33,350 bases of DNA from Phycisphaeraceae bacterium (GTDB lineage Bacteria > Planctomycetota > Phycisphaerae > Phycisphaerales > Phycisphaeraceae): assembly GCA_036477175.1 (NCBI GenBank), contig JAZGCX010000044.1, positions 1 through 33,350 on the forward strand, written 5' to 3'. The translations under genes were made by a program, and so were the position numbers. The first letter of the stretch is position 1; each line of letters begins with the position of its first letter. Of the stretch, positions 31,606-33,350 are shown piece by piece. The notes under the pieces were generated by a model that saw only the letters and a program-made list of their open reading frames with translations, ran no database searches and was not told the DNA's origin.

Positions 31606-32676
31606 TCACTCCGTGGCGGCGTATCGGTAGTCCACCGTATCGTCGATCCGGCGGATCAAGGCCCAATCATCCTTGTATGAAACGGGCACAAACTGTTGGA
31701 CGCCGGACGAGGCAAACTCCGATTCCAGGCCCGTGCCGCTCCAGTCGAAGTTGAAAAACGCCTCGCGAACCTTGGCCGCCAGCTCCGGCTTCAGGTTACA
31801 AACGTAGCCCAGCCCGGCGGCGGGGAACGGCTCGGACTCGTAGATGACACGGACCTGTGAGGCGATGTTCTCGTCGCGGCCGACCGCGCGGGCCAACATA
31901 TCACTGGCCACCGCCGCCATCTCGTACTTACCCGACGCCACCCCCTGAATCGACGCGTCGTGCCCATACGAGTAGATGATCCGGTAGTCGCGCTCCGGCT
32001 GAAGGTCGAAGTCGCTCATCAGCAGCACCAGTGGCGCTTTGGAGCCCGAGTTGGAACTGGGTTCGGTCATCGTCAGCGTGTGTCCGCGCAGGTCCTTGAT
32101 CGCGCGGATCGGGCTGTTGGCGGGAACGATGATCTTCATCGTGTAAGCGTAGCTGCCGTCCTCGCCGCCCAGTGTGCACACCGGCACGAACCCATAGGCG
32201 TTCACCGCGTTCGGCACGTTGCCGGTGTTCAGCCCCGTCACGTGCAGTCGTCCGTCCTTCAATGCCTCAAGCTGCTCGTCCGGAGATTCCAACGTCACGT
32301 ATTGCACCCGCTTGCCGGTCTGTCTGGCCAGATGGTCCGCGAACCCGGCCCACACCTGTTTGTAACGCTCCGTTTCCTTGGCAGCCACGAACGAGAAATA
32401 CAGCGTGTCGGGATCGACCCACTCGGCCGGATCGGTCGGGGGGTCGGCCACCAGATCGCCGTCGGCATCGTTGAACCGCGCATCGAGTCTGTTCGTCGTC
32501 GGGTTCCCAAGCCCGAACAGCTTCAGCACCCGCTCGTTCGCCGGTCCGGACGCAATGCTTGAAACGCCGATCCGATACGACACCGCAGCAATCAGCAGAA
32601 TCACAATGATCGCCAATGCCAGACGCGTGAACGAAAACGTCCTACTCGTGGGACGGTCTTGGTCGGATGTGCTCAT
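31606..32676 (-). CDS. phosphonate/phosphite ABC transporter substrate-binding protein family (PhnD-like), N-terminal TM anchor
   Basis: TM helix LALAIIVILLIAAVSY. LYFSFVAAKE..QYVTLESPDEQLEALKDGRLHVTGLNTGN..EPSSNSGSKAP..GHDASIQGVASGKYEMAAVASD. No phnC/phnE neighbours in the window. Confidence 0.7.
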   Translation of the reverse strand: MSTSDQDRPTSRTFSFTRLALAIIVILLIAAVSYRIGVSSIASGPANERVLKLFGLGNPTTNRLDARFNDADGDLVADPPTDPAEWVDPDTLYFSFVAAKETERYKQVWAGFADHLARQTGKRVQYVTLESPDEQLEALKDGRLHVTGLNTGNVPNAVNAYGFVPVCTLGGEDGSYAYTMKIIVPANSPIRAIKDLRGHTLTMTEPSSNSGSKAPLVLLMSDFDLQPERDYRIIYSYGHDASIQGVASGKYEMAAVASDMLARAVGRDENIASQVRVIYESEPFPAAGLGYVCNLKPELAAKVREAFFNFDWSGTGLESEFASSGVQQFVPVSYKDDWALIRRIDDTVDYRYAATE

Positions 32677-32983
32677 GGCTCAGTCCTCGCCGTTGCAAGA
32701 AGCGAACTGCCGCGGGCACGGCTTGACCCACGAACCCATATTCTCGCCATCCCGCCCGGCAATACAAGCCCCCATATCGTCCTCCGGCCGCAGAACCCCA
32801 ACACCACCGCCCGCCGCGACCGCCCGTCGCCATGTCAGGCTGGCCGCCGCGGGAAGGTGCAGCCGGCCATTTGAACCATGTCAGCCCAAGAACAAATCGT
32901 GCCGACAGGAGCAAATTACAGGAGCCGACATCACCGGTCCTGGCCCCCCTCGATTGCATCACAAGCGTCGATGGGATGGCCCT

Positions 32984-33350
32984 CTAACCCCCACGAATCA
33001 GGCCCGCGCGGGTGAGCACGGTTTTGATCTGTTGCCAGTAGTCGGCCTCGTGGTTCGGGCCGGGGAAGTGGTTGTGGTCGGCCCGATAGAGGACGAGTAC
33101 GGCGTTCGGCGCGACGGTGTGCAAACGCTGAGCGTTGGACGGTGGGATGATCGTATCGTTTAAGCCGTGGAACAGGAGAATGGGGGTGTCGGTCAACGTG
33201 GGTAGAACCTGGTCGGTGCGGAATGGATTCTTGACAAGGATGGGGGGCGCGGCATAACGGTAGGCCATTGAGGCGACGTTCGCCGGTGTCGATTCGAGAA
33301 TGAGCACGGCGGGCTTGCGCTGTGCCGCGAGCTGAGCGGCAATCGCGCCA
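32984..33350 (-). CDS. alpha/beta hydrolase, C-terminal part (N-terminus beyond the window end)
   Basis: The frame is open to the window end (..AIAAQLAAQRKPAVLILEST..). PILLFHGLNDTIIPPSNAQRL and YRADHNHF fit the acid and His loops of the catalytic triad. Confidence 0.6.
   Translation of the reverse strand, partial: GAIAAQLAAQRKPAVLILESTPANVASMAYRYAAPPILVKNPFRTDQVLPTLTDTPILLFHGLNDTIIPPSNAQRLHTVAPNAVLVLYRADHNHFPGPNHEADYWQQIKTVLTRAGLIRGG

Noticed and set aside
1-33350. Scan for CRISPR arrays, transposases or integrases, IS-type terminal inverted repeats, toxin-antitoxin pairs, and defence-island or prophage genes.
   Set aside because: None found. The only repeats are the short heptamer-based hairpins. 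Gene content is housekeeping, respiratory or envelope-related, and composition is uniform apart from the short AT-richer intergenic gaps.

Overview
High-GC (by eye >60%) bacterial chromosomal window with about 30 protein genes and 2 tRNA-Arg genes. I saw no rRNA, CRISPR array, transposase or integrase. Gene content and the heptamer-built intergenic hairpins suggest a Planctomycetota-like organism, but that is inference only. Order of content: (1) mcsB (partial) and mcsA stress kinase pair plus tRNA-Arg(ACG). (2) Citramalate synthase cimA, preceded on the minus strand by an unannotated 21-codon Ile-rich mini-ORF, an intrinsic terminator and a competing antiterminator helix, i.e. a candidate Ile attenuator. 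(3) A co-directional block: a 1672-aa membrane-anchored multihaem cytochrome c (7 CxxCH + 1 CxxxxCH), a secreted type-1-copper-like cupredoxin, a CoxB fragment with only the signal peptide and two TM helices, ctaA, ctaB and an ABC ATPase with no permease. No oxidase catalytic subunit is in the window. (4) A 566-nt non-coding gap with a strong promoter-like site, then pabB and tRNA-Arg(TCG). (5) A SAM methyltransferase split by one in-frame TGA, divergent from an EPS export operon (priming sugar transferase, Wza-like, Wzz/GumC-like, ExeA-like ATPase, BY-kinase) plus a GT-B glycosyltransferase. (6) Three exported hypothetical proteins. (7) phoH and pgpH. (8) rpsF-ssb-rplI without rpsR, an orphan membrane-anchored PhnD-like binding protein and a partial alpha/beta hydrolase. 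Best candidates for something new are the cimA leader/attenuator and the cytochrome/cupredoxin/CoxB-stub module. All calls come from reading the sequence and ORF translations; no database search was run.
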